Source of the DNA: Mobula hypostoma
Taxonomy: Eukaryota
Length of the DNA: 64,000 nucleotides
Direction of reading: 5' to 3'
Assembly (NCBI RefSeq): GCF_963921235.1
Contig: NC_086097.1
Coordinates: 223,078,001-223,142,000 of the forward strand
Shown in pieces: positions 13,322 through 25,036 of this stretch; positions within the stretch are counted from its first letter, which is position 1, and the number at the start of each line of letters is the position of its first letter. Made by a program: the position numbers and the translations under genes. The notes under the pieces were generated by a model. It searched no databases, was not told the DNA's origin, and was given only the letters and a program-made list of their open reading frames with translations.

Positions 13322-14360
13322 TATGAGGAGTGATTGGTAACTTCGTGGCCTAAGGTAGAAGGAGTCAATTTTAGAAAACCTTAAAAGGGTAAATCAGAAA
13401 ACAGTTCTTAAGGTGGTAAATTTGAAAGTCCAAGTGATTTACACACTCAATAAGGAGAGACTTCTCTGGAGAAGGATTTCTTCATGGACGCAACGTTTCT
13501 GCTGATTCTGTCCAAAGGATTCATGACGAAAGAAATAAATAACTTAAAAGGAACTAACCTTTTTCTGGTGAGCGAAACCTGCAAGAACTTCCTTGCTCTT
13601 TTGGCAGGAGTTATCTCAGATGCAGGTCACGACTTCTTGACCGAAGACTCAATAAGGTCGATCCTTTATGAAACTGCTGAACGACACCAACTTCTCTCAA
13701 TCCTTCAGGTCCCGTACTTTGATAAAGTCTTCACTCTCCACTACTGAAAAGGTAAATCAAAGATATACCAACAAAGCTGGCAGTGATTTGTGAAACTGCC
13801 GGTACAACCTTTTTACCTTACAATAGAAAGTAAACCTCTGTTTTAAAACAAAACTGCGTCATAAGACAAATACGCAGCAATACGGAGTAACTGACGAACT
13901 AACACAAAACTGAACTGAAAACTAAACTGCGTCACACCAGGGGTCTCCCTTTATATACCTGTTGAGAACAGGTCATCATGTGACCTCACACTGGTGGGAA
14001 AATTACATCATGTGACCTCTGCAAGACCAGTATATCATGCTCATAAGACAGTCACAAGATACCCACAGGTATGTAACACAACATAGTCCCCTCCTACATG
14101 CACATTCTTAGTCCAGCGGTCGTGGAGCATACGGATCCTGTCTTTGTAGAAGTGGTCCATAGCAGGGGTGATTGATAAGTTTATGGCCTAAAGTAGAAGG
14201 AGATAAGTTATTAACTTCAAACTTTCTGCATTATCACTCAAAGAGTTGAACTGCACGTGCATGTAATGAGAGCGTCTTGGACCTCCAGGTGGTCCATAGC
14301 AGGGGTGACTGATGTTCGTGGCCTAATGTAGGAGGAAATGAGTTATACAGCTCTTGTTGG
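13322..14360 (-). mobile_element. Rearranged mariner-derived non-autonomous element, interrupted by an LTR-like insert
   Basis: 14079-14152 (minus) encodes FYKDRIRMLHDRWTKNVHVGGDYV, a mariner transposase C-terminus. The TIR-like motif GGGGTGATTGATAAGTTCGTGGCCTAAGGTAGAAGGAG recurs (with variation) at about 13324, 14163 and 14300. Confidence 0.7.
13382..14078 (-). mobile_element. LTR-like insert (probable truncated solo LTR)
   Basis: On the minus strand it begins TGTTACA at 14078 and has a TATATAAA box near 13950. It splits the mariner remnant. Confidence 0.45.
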
Positions 14361-14409
14361 ATAGGTGTTCCCGAATGTTTTGTGCATAGGCCTTTTTTGC
14401 CCTTTTGTA

Positions 14410-15130
14410 CATCAGTTAAAGGTGTCATTTGGACTACACGGACTTTAGCAATTCTTCTGACAAGGTTCCACATAGTGTCCCAGAAGGTTAGATCACATGG
14501 AATTCAGGGTGAGCTAGTGGAGGAAGGAAACAGTGGTGGAGTTTGGCCTGTGGCCAGTGGCATGCCACAGGGGTTGGTACTGAGATTCCCAGTTTTTGTC
14601 ACAAATATGAACAATTTGGATGAGCACATGGCCTGATTAGTAAATCTGCAGTTGACAGCAAAATTGGTGGTCCAATGGTCAGTGAAGAAAGTCTAATAGT
14701 TACAACAGGATCTAGATCAGCTAGGAAATTGGGAAAAGAAGCAGCAGATGAAATTTAACTCTGACAAGTGCAAAGAGATGCATTTTGGTAAGGTTAATTA
14801 GGGCAGGATGCATACATTGAATGACAGGGCCCATGTTGTGGGGGCGGGGGAGGAAGGGGGTTGTAGAACAGAGAGACTTAGAGATATAAACCTAGAGTTC
14901 CCTGAAAGTGGCAACACAAGTAGATAAACTGGTGAAAATGTTGTATGGCATTCTTGCCTTCATTGGATAGAGCATTATCTATAGTTGACATGACAGCTGT
15001 ACAAGATGATGTAGACAGCACAACTGGAAATCCAGTGTGCAGTTCTGGCCACCTGCGATAGTAAGGCTGTGATTAAACTAGAGAGGGTGTAGAAAAGATT
15101 CACAAAGATGTTGCAAAGGCAGTTATAAGA
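14410..15130 (+). mobile_element. Old CR1 RT fragment
   Basis: KVRSHGIQG..SGMPQGLVL remnants. Confidence 0.75.
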
Positions 15131-15134
15131 GCAA

Positions 15135-16195
15135 TTGTCACAGTCTTTTTCCTCAGGATTGGGGAATCCAGGGTGAGAGGAGTACATTCAGCTTGGAGGA
15201 TTGTGACTAGTGGTGTCCCACAAGGATCTGTTCTGGGACCTCTACTTTTCGTGATTTTTATTAACAACCTGGATGTGGGGGTAGAAGGGTGGGTTGGCAA
15301 GTTTGCAGACGACACAAAGGTTGGTGGTGTTGTAGATAGTGTAGAGGATTGTCGAAGATTGCAGAGAGACATTGATAGGTTGCAGAAGTGGGCTGAGAAG
15401 TGGCAGGTGGAGTTCAACCCGGAGAAGTGTGAGATGGTACATTTTGGAAGGACAAACTCCAAGGCAGAGTACAAAGTAAATGTCAGGCTACTTGGTAGTG
15501 TGGAGGAGCAGAGGGATCTGGCGGTACATGTCCACAGATCCCTGACAGTTGCCTCACAGGTGGATAGGGTATTTAAGAAAGCTTATGGGGTGTTAGCTTT
15601 CATAAGTGGAGGGATAGAGTTTAAGAGTCGTGATGTAATGACGCAGCTCTATAAAACTCTGGTTAGGCCACACTTGGAGTACTGTGTCCAGTTCTGCTCG
15701 CCTCACTATAGGAAGGATGTGGAAGCATTGGAAAGGGTACAGAGGAGATTTACCAGGATGCTGCCTGGTTTAGAGAGTATGCATTATGATCAGAGATTAA
15801 GGGAGCTAGGGCTTTACTCTTTGGAGAGAAGGAGGATAAGAGGAGACATGATAGAGGTGTACAAGATAATAAGAGGAATAGATAGAGTGGATAGCCAGCG
15901 CCTCTTCCCCAGGGCACCACTGCTCAATACAAGAGGACATGACTTTAAGGTAAGGGGTGGGAAGTTCAAGGGGGATATAGAGGAAGGTTTTTTACTCAGA
16001 GAGCGGTTGGTGCGTGGAATGCACTGCCTGAGTCAGTGGTGGAGGCAGACACTCTCGTGAAGTTTAAGAGACTACTAGACAGGTATATGGAGGAATTTAA
16101 GTGGGGGGGTTATATGGGAGGCAGGGTTTGAGGGTCGGCACAACATTGTGGGCTGAAGGGCCTGTAATGTGCTGTACTATTCTATGTTCTATGTA
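15135..16195 (+). mobile_element. Relatively young 5'-truncated CR1 (RT C-terminal half plus 3' UTR)
   Basis: ORF 15173..16060 has SGVPQGSVLGPLLF, KFADDTK and LYKTLVRPHLEYCVQF; tail TATTCTATGTTCTATGT. Confidence 0.9.
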
Positions 16196-16404
16196 ATGCC
16201 TGCACTGTTTTGTGCACTTTATGCAGTCCTGGGTAGGTCTGTAATCCAGTGTAGTTTTTGTGTTGTTTTACGTAGTTCAGTGTAGTTTTTGTATCGTTTC
16301 ATGTAGCACCATGGTCCTGAAAAACGGTGTCTCGTTTTTACTGTGTATGGTATCAGCAGTTATGGTCGAAATGACAATAAAAAGTGACTTGATTTGACTT
16401 GACT
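16196..16404 (+). mobile_element. Rex-Babar-type 3' UTR fragment
   Basis: Ends in AATAAAA followed by a (GACTT)n-like tail. Confidence 0.5.
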
Positions 16405-18575
16405 GTTGACATGGTTTTCACCATTTGTCAGATTCAAGAAAAGTGTACTGAACAAAATTTGCAACTACGCACTTGCCGTCTTCGTAGATCGAACCAAAGC
16501 CTTCGATACGGTTGACAGAGAGTCCCTATGGCGAGTGCTGTCAAAACTCGGGTGCCCGCGCTGATTCCTCAATCTCGTCCGTTCTCTTCCACAATGACAT
16601 GTTCTGTGGAATGGGGAGACTTCGATGCCATTCAGTGTTTCAAGTGGCGTGAAGCAAGGGTGCGTACTGGCACCAGTACAGTTTAATCTGTTCCTCACAT
16701 GGGCACTACACCACGCTTTCAGTACCGTGCAGCGTGGGATATATGTACAGTAGGGGTCCCCAACCTTTTACACACTGCGGACCAGTTTCATATTGACAAT
16801 ATTCTTGCGGACCAGTCGACCGGCAGGTGGGGGGCGGGGGTGGTGGTGGTGGTGGTAGGGTTGCCAACGAACAAGAGTAGCAGTCATATACGGTGGGTTT
16901 ACACGGAGAAAGACTCCAATGACCATGAAGCCTTGCGCGGGAACCAGTGTGCATGCGCGTACGTGCCCATTTCCTTCTACAAATCGTTTTTGGCGATTCT
17001 GTTCGGGGGGGGTGTTGGGGTTAATCACGAACGCAATACAGGCGATAAGTGGCTAATACACTCAATTTCGTTTCTAAAAGGGTTTATCTAACGAATTTAA
17101 TATTAAACACACAGCGCATATTTTCCTCGCATGCATATAGTGAAAAGTCAATTATCAGGGGAGGACAGGGGAGCTTGAAGTAAGTGGTGAACGAGCTTCC
17201 AGTAGAAGTGGTAGAGGCAAGTTCGATATTATCATTTAAAGAAAAATTGGATAGGTATATGGACAGGACAGGAATGGAGGGTTATGGGCTGAGTGCAGGT
17301 CAGTGGGACTAGGTGAGAGTAGCGTTCGGCATGGACTAGAAGGGGAGAGATGGCCTGTTTCCATGCTGTAATTATTATATGGTTATATAAGTCAATAGCA
17401 TCATAACATTTTAAGTAACGTTTGGATATTAAACACACAGCACATATTTTCCCTGTATGAACATATAAAATCATTGCAACACACTAATATCGCTGAATCA
17501 GTGGGAGCCCTGGGGTTGTTTCCCTGCAACAAGACGGTCCTATCGAGGGGTGATGGGAGACAGCGATACTCGAATGGGGTGCCTTATGTCCAGTCTATTC
17601 CGCAATTTAGTTTTCATTGCATTCAGTGCAGAGATATGTTGGAAATAGAAGCAACGTTTTCAGTGCTTTCGTGGCTGTCTCAGGATATTTAGCCTTGTCT
17701 TTGATCCAGAATACCGGCAGAGATGTTATGTCAAACATACCTTTCAGCCCGCCGTCATTTGCAAGCTCGGGGAGCTGATCTCCTTCCTGCACTGACATGG
17801 ATGACGCGTGCGTAATGACCTCGTGTGTGTTCAAGCTCAACAGCGGCCATGACAGGGAATGAGGAAAGGTGCAGCTAACTCATATCGCCAAATCATATCA
17901 TTTCCTCGCGGCCCGGTAGCACATGCTTTGCGGCCCGGTACCGGTCTGCGGCACGGTGGTTGGGGACCGCTGATGTACAGGATGGACGAATCACTTTTTG
18001 ACTTACGTCGCTTGAGGGCCCGTACAAAAACAATCAGTAATCTCATTGGAAAAGCCCAATGCACTGATGATTGTACCCTTATGGCCGCTCTTCAGCTGCT
18101 TGTCGATAGGCTTGCAGAAGGCACTCATCTGTTTGGCCTCACCATCAGCCTACAATAGACGGAAGTTCCTGATTCAACCCGGTCCGATGTCTGCTGACCC
18201 CGCCGCGTCCATCTGCATCGAAGGTACACAGTTTAGAACAGTGGAGGAATTCAAATACCTCAGAAGTGTTACTTCCAGTGATGGCTCCGTCGACAAAGAC
18301 ATCAGTGCTAGGATTTGCAAGGGTATCAAGCCCACGGGCGCTTGCGTTTACGTGTACTGAACCAGTATGAAGTCCAAAAAGCCATGAAATTCAAGGTGTA
18401 CAAAGCGGTCATCCTTAGCAATCTATTATATGACAATTAAACCTGGACCATGTAAAGACGGCACCTTAAAATGCTGGAACCCTTCCATACACGTAGCCTG
18501 AAATCAATCCTGAGCATCCGTTGGCAGGACATGTCACCGACCTGGAAGTCTCAACAGAGCAGAAAGCACAAGCAC
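16403..18575 (+). mobile_element. RTE-clade LINE RT fragment split by a hAT insertion
   Basis: TVDMVFTICQIQEKC, FVD.TKAFDTVDRESLWRVL, GVKQGCVLAP before 16750; LFDLRRLRARTK..DDCTL..FGLTISL and VEEFKYL after 17980. Confidence 0.8.
16751..17972. mobile_element. Non-autonomous hAT (Charlie-like) element with 8-bp TSD
   Basis: TIRs TAGGGGTCCCCAACC / GGTTGGGGACCGCTG; perfect TSD ATGTACAG at 16743-16750 and 17973-17980; minus-strand transposase remnant LPVFWIK..KYPETATKALKTLL.FPTYLC (17607..17840). Confidence 0.85.
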
Positions 18576-19665
18576 TGTCCACTACACCTCCAATCTTGGT
18601 GTCATCTGCAAATTTGTTGATCTAGCTAACAGATTGTCATCTAGATCAATGATCTGGATGATAAACAACAGAGGCCCCAGCACAGACTCCAGTCACAAGC
18701 TTCCAGTCAGAGAGGCAACCCTCTATTACCACTCTCTGGCTTCTCCGACAAAGCCATTGGCCAATCGAATTTACTACCTCATCCTGAATGTCGAGCGACT
18801 GAACAACCACCTATGTGGGACTTTGTCAAATGCCTTTCAAAAGTCCACGTAGACAACATCCACTGCCTTACCTTCATCCACTTTCCTGGTAACTTCCTAG
18901 AAAAATTCTGTAAGATTGATTAGACATGACCTACCACACAGGGAGTCATGCTGACTATCTTTAATCAGTCCATGTCTATCCAAATACTTACAGTTTATAT
19001 CCAGCCACTTTCAATAACTTTCCCACAACTGACGTCAGATTCACCGGCCTGTAATTTCCTGGTTTCTGTTTAGAGGTATCCTCCAAGCCTTTGGTACCTT
19101 TCCTGTCGCTAATGCTGTTTCAAATATCTCTGTTAAGGGCCCCGACAATTCCTGTACTTGCCTCCCGTAGGGTCCGAGGGAACAGCTTGTCAGACCCTGG
19201 GGATTTATCCACTCTGATATGCCTCAGGGTAGCAAACAGCTATATCATCTTGTCCAGGGTCCATGACGTTGATGCCGCTTTGCCTCACTTCTGTAGACTG
19301 TATTCATCTCCCAAGTAAATACAGATGCAAAGAACACATTTAAGATCTCCCCCGTCTGTTTTGCCTCCACACATTGATTACCATTCTGGTCTTCCAGAGG
19401 ACCAATTTTGCCCCCAGCAATCCTTTTGCTCTTAACATACCTGTAGAATCCCCTCAGACTCTCTTTCACCTTGTCTGCTAGAGCAACTTCATGCTTTCTT
19501 TTAGCCTTTCCGATTTCTTTCTAAAGTGTTCCCTTGCATTTTTTGTACTCCATAAGCACCTCACTTGTCCCCACTTGCCTATACATGCTGTACACCTCTT
19601 TTTTCCTCTTAACCAGGGCCTCAATATCTCTTGAAAACCAAGGTTCCCTACACTTGTTAGAGGCC
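18575..19665 (-). mobile_element. Degraded CR1 ORF2 fragment
   Basis: FYRYVKSKR..IGPLED..FFASVFT and DKSPG.D motifs on the minus strand. Confidence 0.8.
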
Positions 19666-20119
19666 TTGTTTGGCCTGCTTCCGTGTGCTCAGATTTTGAG
19701 ACCAAATTCATTGCTCAGAACCAGATCTAGGACCAGTTCCATATTGACTTTGGGGCGCCACGGTAGGATAGCAGTTAGTATGACACTGTTGCGGTTCAAG
19801 GGCGTCACAGTTCAGAGTTCAATCCCGCAGGGAAATTATGAAAAGCAGGAGGTATGAAGTGTGTATTAAAAAAAACAAAGACTAGGCACACCTTTAAGAC
19901 AGCTACAGCTAGGGAAAAATCAACCAAAAATTTATTAGACAAATTGCCTCTAGGTCAGATGTCTAGTGTATGAATGGGGTGAAAGGACTGTGTGGAGAAT
20001 CATCAGCCAAAACCTATTAGTATAATTAGTTGCAAATTAAGGTCAAGAGAACGACCAGTTTGGGAATACTTAGATGGGGGCATGTCAAATCACTGGTCCT
20101 GACCCCGGTGGAAGTAAAT

Positions 20120-20660
20120 ATTAGAAGCAAGAACCTTCGACCCACGCCAGTGACAGGTGGAGGGAGTTGGTGGTGTCTATATCACCGCTCTGTCTCTTAA
20201 CTTTCGCAACCGTTCGACTTTGTACATTTCCGTTTCTCCGTGCGATCTTTTGTCGCTGTCCCGCAATAAGTTGGCTTACTGGCTGCATGAAGACTGAAAT
20301 GCCGTCTGCGGGTCGAGCTCGGAGACCAGGCCGGCCTGCAGGGGCAGAAGAACTAGACCCCCAAGACACGGCAAGGGTCGCCAGTACCCGGAAGCCTCTT
20401 CCAAGAGCTGACAATTTCTGTTGTCTTCTTCGGCACTGAGTGTCTTCATCGATGTGGTAAAGGCCGGCACACCGATGGTGGGACCTGCGTCTCCTAGCAA
20501 CGATCGACAGGTACTCCCCGCGGCAAAACAAGAGACATTTTTTTAAATGAACCAACTCGGGGCACTGGTTTGCTGCATGATCATCACTGGTTAAAAAAAC
20601 ACTGTACAACGGGTAGAGGAAATCAGTTACCTACGAAACTCGTCACATCGAAGAACATAA
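20120..20660. promoter_or_regulatory. CpG-rich, apparently non-repeat island with RFX X-box motifs (candidate promoter or first exon)
   Basis: Locally high CpG density; GTCTCCTAGCAAC at 20489-20501; weaker GTTACCTACGAAAC at 20626-20639; minus-strand donor CA|GTAAGC at 20280/20279. Confidence 0.4.
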
Positions 20661-20749
20661 ACTTTGCTGTGAGTAGTTCCTTCCGTAAGATTATTACAGT
20701 ACCTCGATTAAAGAAAAACAACTTAAGCATTTTTTATTGATCTGTGCAT

Positions 20750-22040
20750 GCCTGAAGAAAAGTAATAGGGAAAACGATAGGGATTATAGGCCAGTGAGTT
20801 TCACGTCACGTGTGGCAAACTATTGGAGAGGAAACTTTAAGAGACAGGATTTACGAGCATTTGTAGAAGCATATTCCGAATAGGGATAGTCAATATGGCT
20901 TTGTGTCTCACGAAACTAACTGAATTCTTTGAGGATGTATTGATGAAGGCAAAACAGTGGATGTGTATATGGATTTTAGTAAGGCATTTGAGAAGTTTTC
21001 CCATTCGTATAGTCAGGAAGCATGGGGTCCAGGGAAACTGAGCTATGTGGATCCAAAATTGGCTTGCCCACAGAAGGCACAGGGTGATAGTATTCTGCGT
21101 GGAGGGCAGTGGTGTTCTTTGTCATTTTTATAAATGATTGGGATGAGGAAGGATTAGTAAATTTGGAGATGGCACAACGTTTGGGGGTGTTGAGGATAGT
21201 GTAGAAGATTGCCGTAGATTGCAATGGGCCATTGAAAGGTTGCATAGCTGGACTGAGAAGTGGCAGAGGAGTTCAATCTGTAAAATTGTGTGGAAATTCA
21301 CTTTGGAAGATTGGCTTAAAAGGCAGAATACATGGTTAATGGCAGAATGTTTAGCAATGTGGAGGAAGAGGGATCTTGAGGTTCATAGTTCCCTCAAAGT
21401 TGCGTGCACATTGATAGGGTTTTTAAGAAGGCCTATAGTGTATTGGCCTTCATTGGTCAAGGATTGAGATCAAGAACTGCGAGTTAATGTTGCAGCTCTA
21501 TAAATTAAAGCTGGTTAGACCACACTTGGAGAGTATTGTGTTCAATTCTGTTCGCCTCATGTAGAATGTGGAAGCTTTAGAAAGGGTGCAGAAGACTTAC
21601 CAGGGTGCTGACTGGATTAGACAGCATGTCTTATGAGGATAGGTTAAGCCATCAGGGGCCTTTCTCTTTGGGGAGGAGGATGAGGCGACTTGATAGAGTG
21701 GTACAAAAGGCATAGCACGAGAGGACAACCAGAGACTTTTTCCCCAGTGTGGAAGTGGCTAATACAAGGGAGCAAAACTAAGGTGTTGGGAGGAAAGGAT
21801 TGGGGAAGGGGTATGTCAGAGCTAGTTTTTTTAAAGAGTAGTTGGTGCATGGAGCGTGCTGCCAGAGGTGGTGGGAGGGGCAGTTACATAAGGGACATTT
21901 AGGAGACCGAGACGCATAGATGAAAGAAAAATGGAGGGCTATGTGGGAGAGGAGGGTTAAATTGATCTTGGAATAGGTTAAAGGGTTGGCACAATATCAT
22001 GGGTCAAAGGACCTGTACTGTGAAGCACTGTTATAAGTTC
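20750..22040 (+). mobile_element. Degraded CR1 RT-to-3' end fragment
   Basis: YRPVS, LVRPHLE-like remnants and a CR1 3' tail. Confidence 0.75.
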
Positions 22041-22246
22041 TAAAGTTCAGTTCTATACTTCTAAAATTCTGCATTTTCTTAATGTAGAAATTTTGTTCAA
22101 GTCCTGAAATACAAAGTCTGCTTGTGAATGTCTTCCTTTTGCATAACTTCAGTTTTAAACTGCACAGAGTAGCCATGGGACATTTTTGGACATTCCTATC
22201 AGAAAACATTCATCCAGGCAAGGATTTTGTAACTCAAGGAATCAGT

Positions 22247-22645
22247 GTCATGGTTCTGTTTGGTTGTTCCCCTTTAACACTCCTTTCTCCCTGATTATGC
22301 CCTAATTTCAGCCATTAGATTTCCAATTGCTGTGAGTTTACTTAATTATGGTACACCTGGTTTGCATCAGAGGCTGTGAAATAAGTACAATGGCGTCACT
22401 ACGCTGGTAGCCAGTTTGTCAGTCTATTCTTGTGTGATACTTAATTCTCTTGTCCGCTTAGAACCGTTGGTTCTAAGTTTAGTTCCAAGTTCTGCTCTAG
22501 TTTCAAGATAGTCCCTGTAGATCCCATCTCCTTGTCAAGATTCCTCCGGTTTGCTGTCCTACATTCACGTCTACGCCAGCATCCCTAACTCAGTCAACAT
22601 GCCGGTATCCTGCACTTGCGTTCTCCTCAGTCACTCCGTGCAACG
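22247..22645 (+). mobile_element. Possible solo LTR
   Basis: Starts TGTCATGG and has LTR-like composition. The 3' end and TSD were not resolved. Confidence 0.3.
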
Positions 22646-23292
22646 CACAGGTTATCTGTGGATGGTTGTGATGCTGAAGCAAGTACAGAGATGGGGGGGG
22701 GGGGAGAAAAGAACAAATTAGTGGAAGAACTTCAACACATTAAATGGATTTTTTGATCTAATTACATTCCATGTCTTTGGAGATCAAAAAAACCAGAGGT
22801 ACTGGTTGTGAGACTCAGTGTGTTTCGATGCAGGCCGTAATTTTGGAAGCTCTCACTTTCAGAAGATGATAGAGCAGTATTGCCAGAAAGACATTGGATA
22901 ATTGAGTTCAAAAGCATGAATTAATTTATTCAGCAATTTAAAAAACAAGTTGTGGCAAGGTCATGAGCAGCAGAAGTAGGCAGTCTTTGAGACAGGATGC
23001 AGAATAATTTAGTGTAAGGTCAAATAGAAGATTGTGATTGTACATTGCTTTTACAAAAAGATTGAGATGCTGATGTTGCAAGAGATAAATACACGGTCCA
23101 AAGTTTCATGCCATCAATATTACTGTTATAATTTAAATTATGTTTATGCTGTTATAGAATTCTCCGCATATGCCATACTACATTATGCACAATGTTTACT
23201 ACTAGAAATAAGGTTACTGGATTGGTTTCAGTAGGCCTGAACTAACGATCCACTTCGAATCACACCTCAGTACCTGTAGAATTTAATTCAAA

Positions 23293-24266
23293 TGTGTGTC
23301 CGACAGAGTGATCAGCAGCACTGGGGCTCCACAGGGGACTGTCTAGTCTCCCTTTCTCTTCACCATTTACACCTCGGACTTCAATTACTACGCAGTCTTG
23401 TCATCTTCGGAAGTTTTCGGATGACTCTGCCATAGTTCTGCCATCAGCAAGGGAGATGAGGCTGAGAACAGGGCTACGGTAGGAAACTTTGTCACATGGT
23501 GTGAGCAGAATTATCTGCAGCTTAATGTGAAAAAGACTAAGGAGCTGGTGGTAGACCTGAGGAGAGCTAATTTACCGGTGACCCCTGTTTCCGTCCAGGG
23601 GGTCAGTGTGGACATGGTGGAGGATTACAAATACCTGGGGATATGAATTGACAATAAACTGGTCTGGTCAAAGAACACTGAGGCTGTCTACAAGGGTCAG
23701 AGCCGTCTCTATTTCCTGAGGAGACTGAGGTCCTTTGACATCTGCCGGACAATGCTGAGGATGTTCTATGCGTCTGTGGTGGCCGGTGCTATCATGTTTG
23801 CTGTTGTGTGCTGGGGCAGCAGGCTGAGGGTAGCAGACACCAACAGAATCAACAAACTTATTCATAAGGCCAGTGATTTTGTGGGGATGGAACTGGACTC
23901 TGTCACGGTGGTGTCTGAAAAGAGGATGCTGTCTAAGTTGTGTGCCATCTAGGTCAATGTCTCCAATCCACTACATAATGTACTGGGTGGGCACAGGAGT
24001 ACATTCAGCCAGAGACTCATTCCACTGAGATGCAGCACAGAGCGTCATAGGAAGTCATTCCTGCCTGTGGCCATCAAACTTTACAACTCCTCCACTGGAG
24101 GGTCAGACAACCTGAGCCAATAGGCTGGTCCTGGACTTATTTCATAATTTACTGGCATAATTTAGATATTACTATTTAACTATTTATGGTTCTATTACTA
24201 TTTATTATTTATGGTGCAACTGTAACGAAAACCAATTTCCCCCAGGATCGATAAAGTATGACTATG
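23293..24266 (+). mobile_element. Rex-Babar-type LINE 3' fragment (~1 kb)
   Basis: TGAPQGTV.SPFLFTIYTSD, KFSDDSAIV, LNVKKTKELVVD and YFLRRLRSF motifs; ATAAAG(TATGAC)n tail. Confidence 0.85.
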
Positions 24267-24517
24267 AAAGATGATTAATCAAGCCCATTGTCAATAATAA
24301 TCAGAAAAGAGCAGCATTTATTGCCTACATCAAAGTGTGCTTGAAAGCGGATGTGTTTTCACTATTGGATGAGGATTTAGGGTGTGCAAAGGTGAAGAAA
24401 GGTAGTTTTTTTTTGCAAATGAGAGCTGCATGTTGTCAATGCATCCTTACTAAATACCTGCTTTTCTTTCCCCTAGTTGCTAGGGAATGCAGTGTAGAAT
24501 TTAGAGAAATGTTTGGT

Positions 24518-24942
24518 GTGATCATCTCCAAGAGGAGCACCACCTTGTCATACGGTGTGGAGGCCAGTCTGCCTCAATGACCCGGAAAGCTATGTTGGCT
24601 GGAATAAGGGCTTTATGCTATGACTCTTGGTAGGGTCACCCATGCCGAATAGGTCGAAGGGTAGGGACCAAACTAATAGCGGTCTTCCAGGTTTGGGCTG
24701 TTCAGCTCACGGCTAATAACCCTGACTAGTAAAACAAAGTTGTTATGGAAACATCAATGAAGATTCCTTCTACATCTGAGTGGGATGGTATTCCTGAGTC
24801 TCCACCCAGGACTTGCTTGACTGAAGTAGTGAAAACCAAGAGGAAGCTACTGATGTGATAAGGGAAGCCCTGAACACCGCCAAAGATTGAGGACCTCCAT
24901 TGCTGCCCTAAATGCCAACAGTGTAATGGGCAGTAAGTAAGA
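24518..24942 (+). mobile_element. Short RTE/Rex3(Expander)-derived non-autonomous retroposon
   Basis: The 5' part resembles the Rex3-type 5' UTR (CACCTTGTC..GGTAGGGTCACCCATG). The 3' part is RTE-like (TGGAGGACC..TGCTGCCCTAAATGCC) with an (AGTA)n tail. Confidence 0.5.
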
Positions 24943-25036
24943 AGGTATGGTAAATGAGGTGCTAATGAAGCAGGTTGCTTTCTAAGGGGTGAATGTATGT
25001 GCTTGTTGAATATCCAACCACCACTTTGGCCTTGAA

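Noticed and set aside
14079..14098. AGGAGGGGAC as the polypurine tract of the adjacent LTR
   Set aside because: It is the GGDYV coding end of the mariner remnant into which the LTR-like sequence inserted.
13324..14345. Three ~40-bp direct repeats as a CRISPR-like array
   Set aside because: Spacing is irregular, the context is eukaryotic, and adjacent sequence encodes a mariner transposase C-terminus, so they are TIR derivatives.
19752..19830. tRNA gene
   Set aside because: Only degenerate A/B boxes with no cloverleaf; it matches a truncated SINE head.
20121..20609. 162-aa minus-strand ORF as a single-exon protein
   Set aside because: Non-ATG start, no recognisable domain, and long ORFs are expected in GC-rich sequence.
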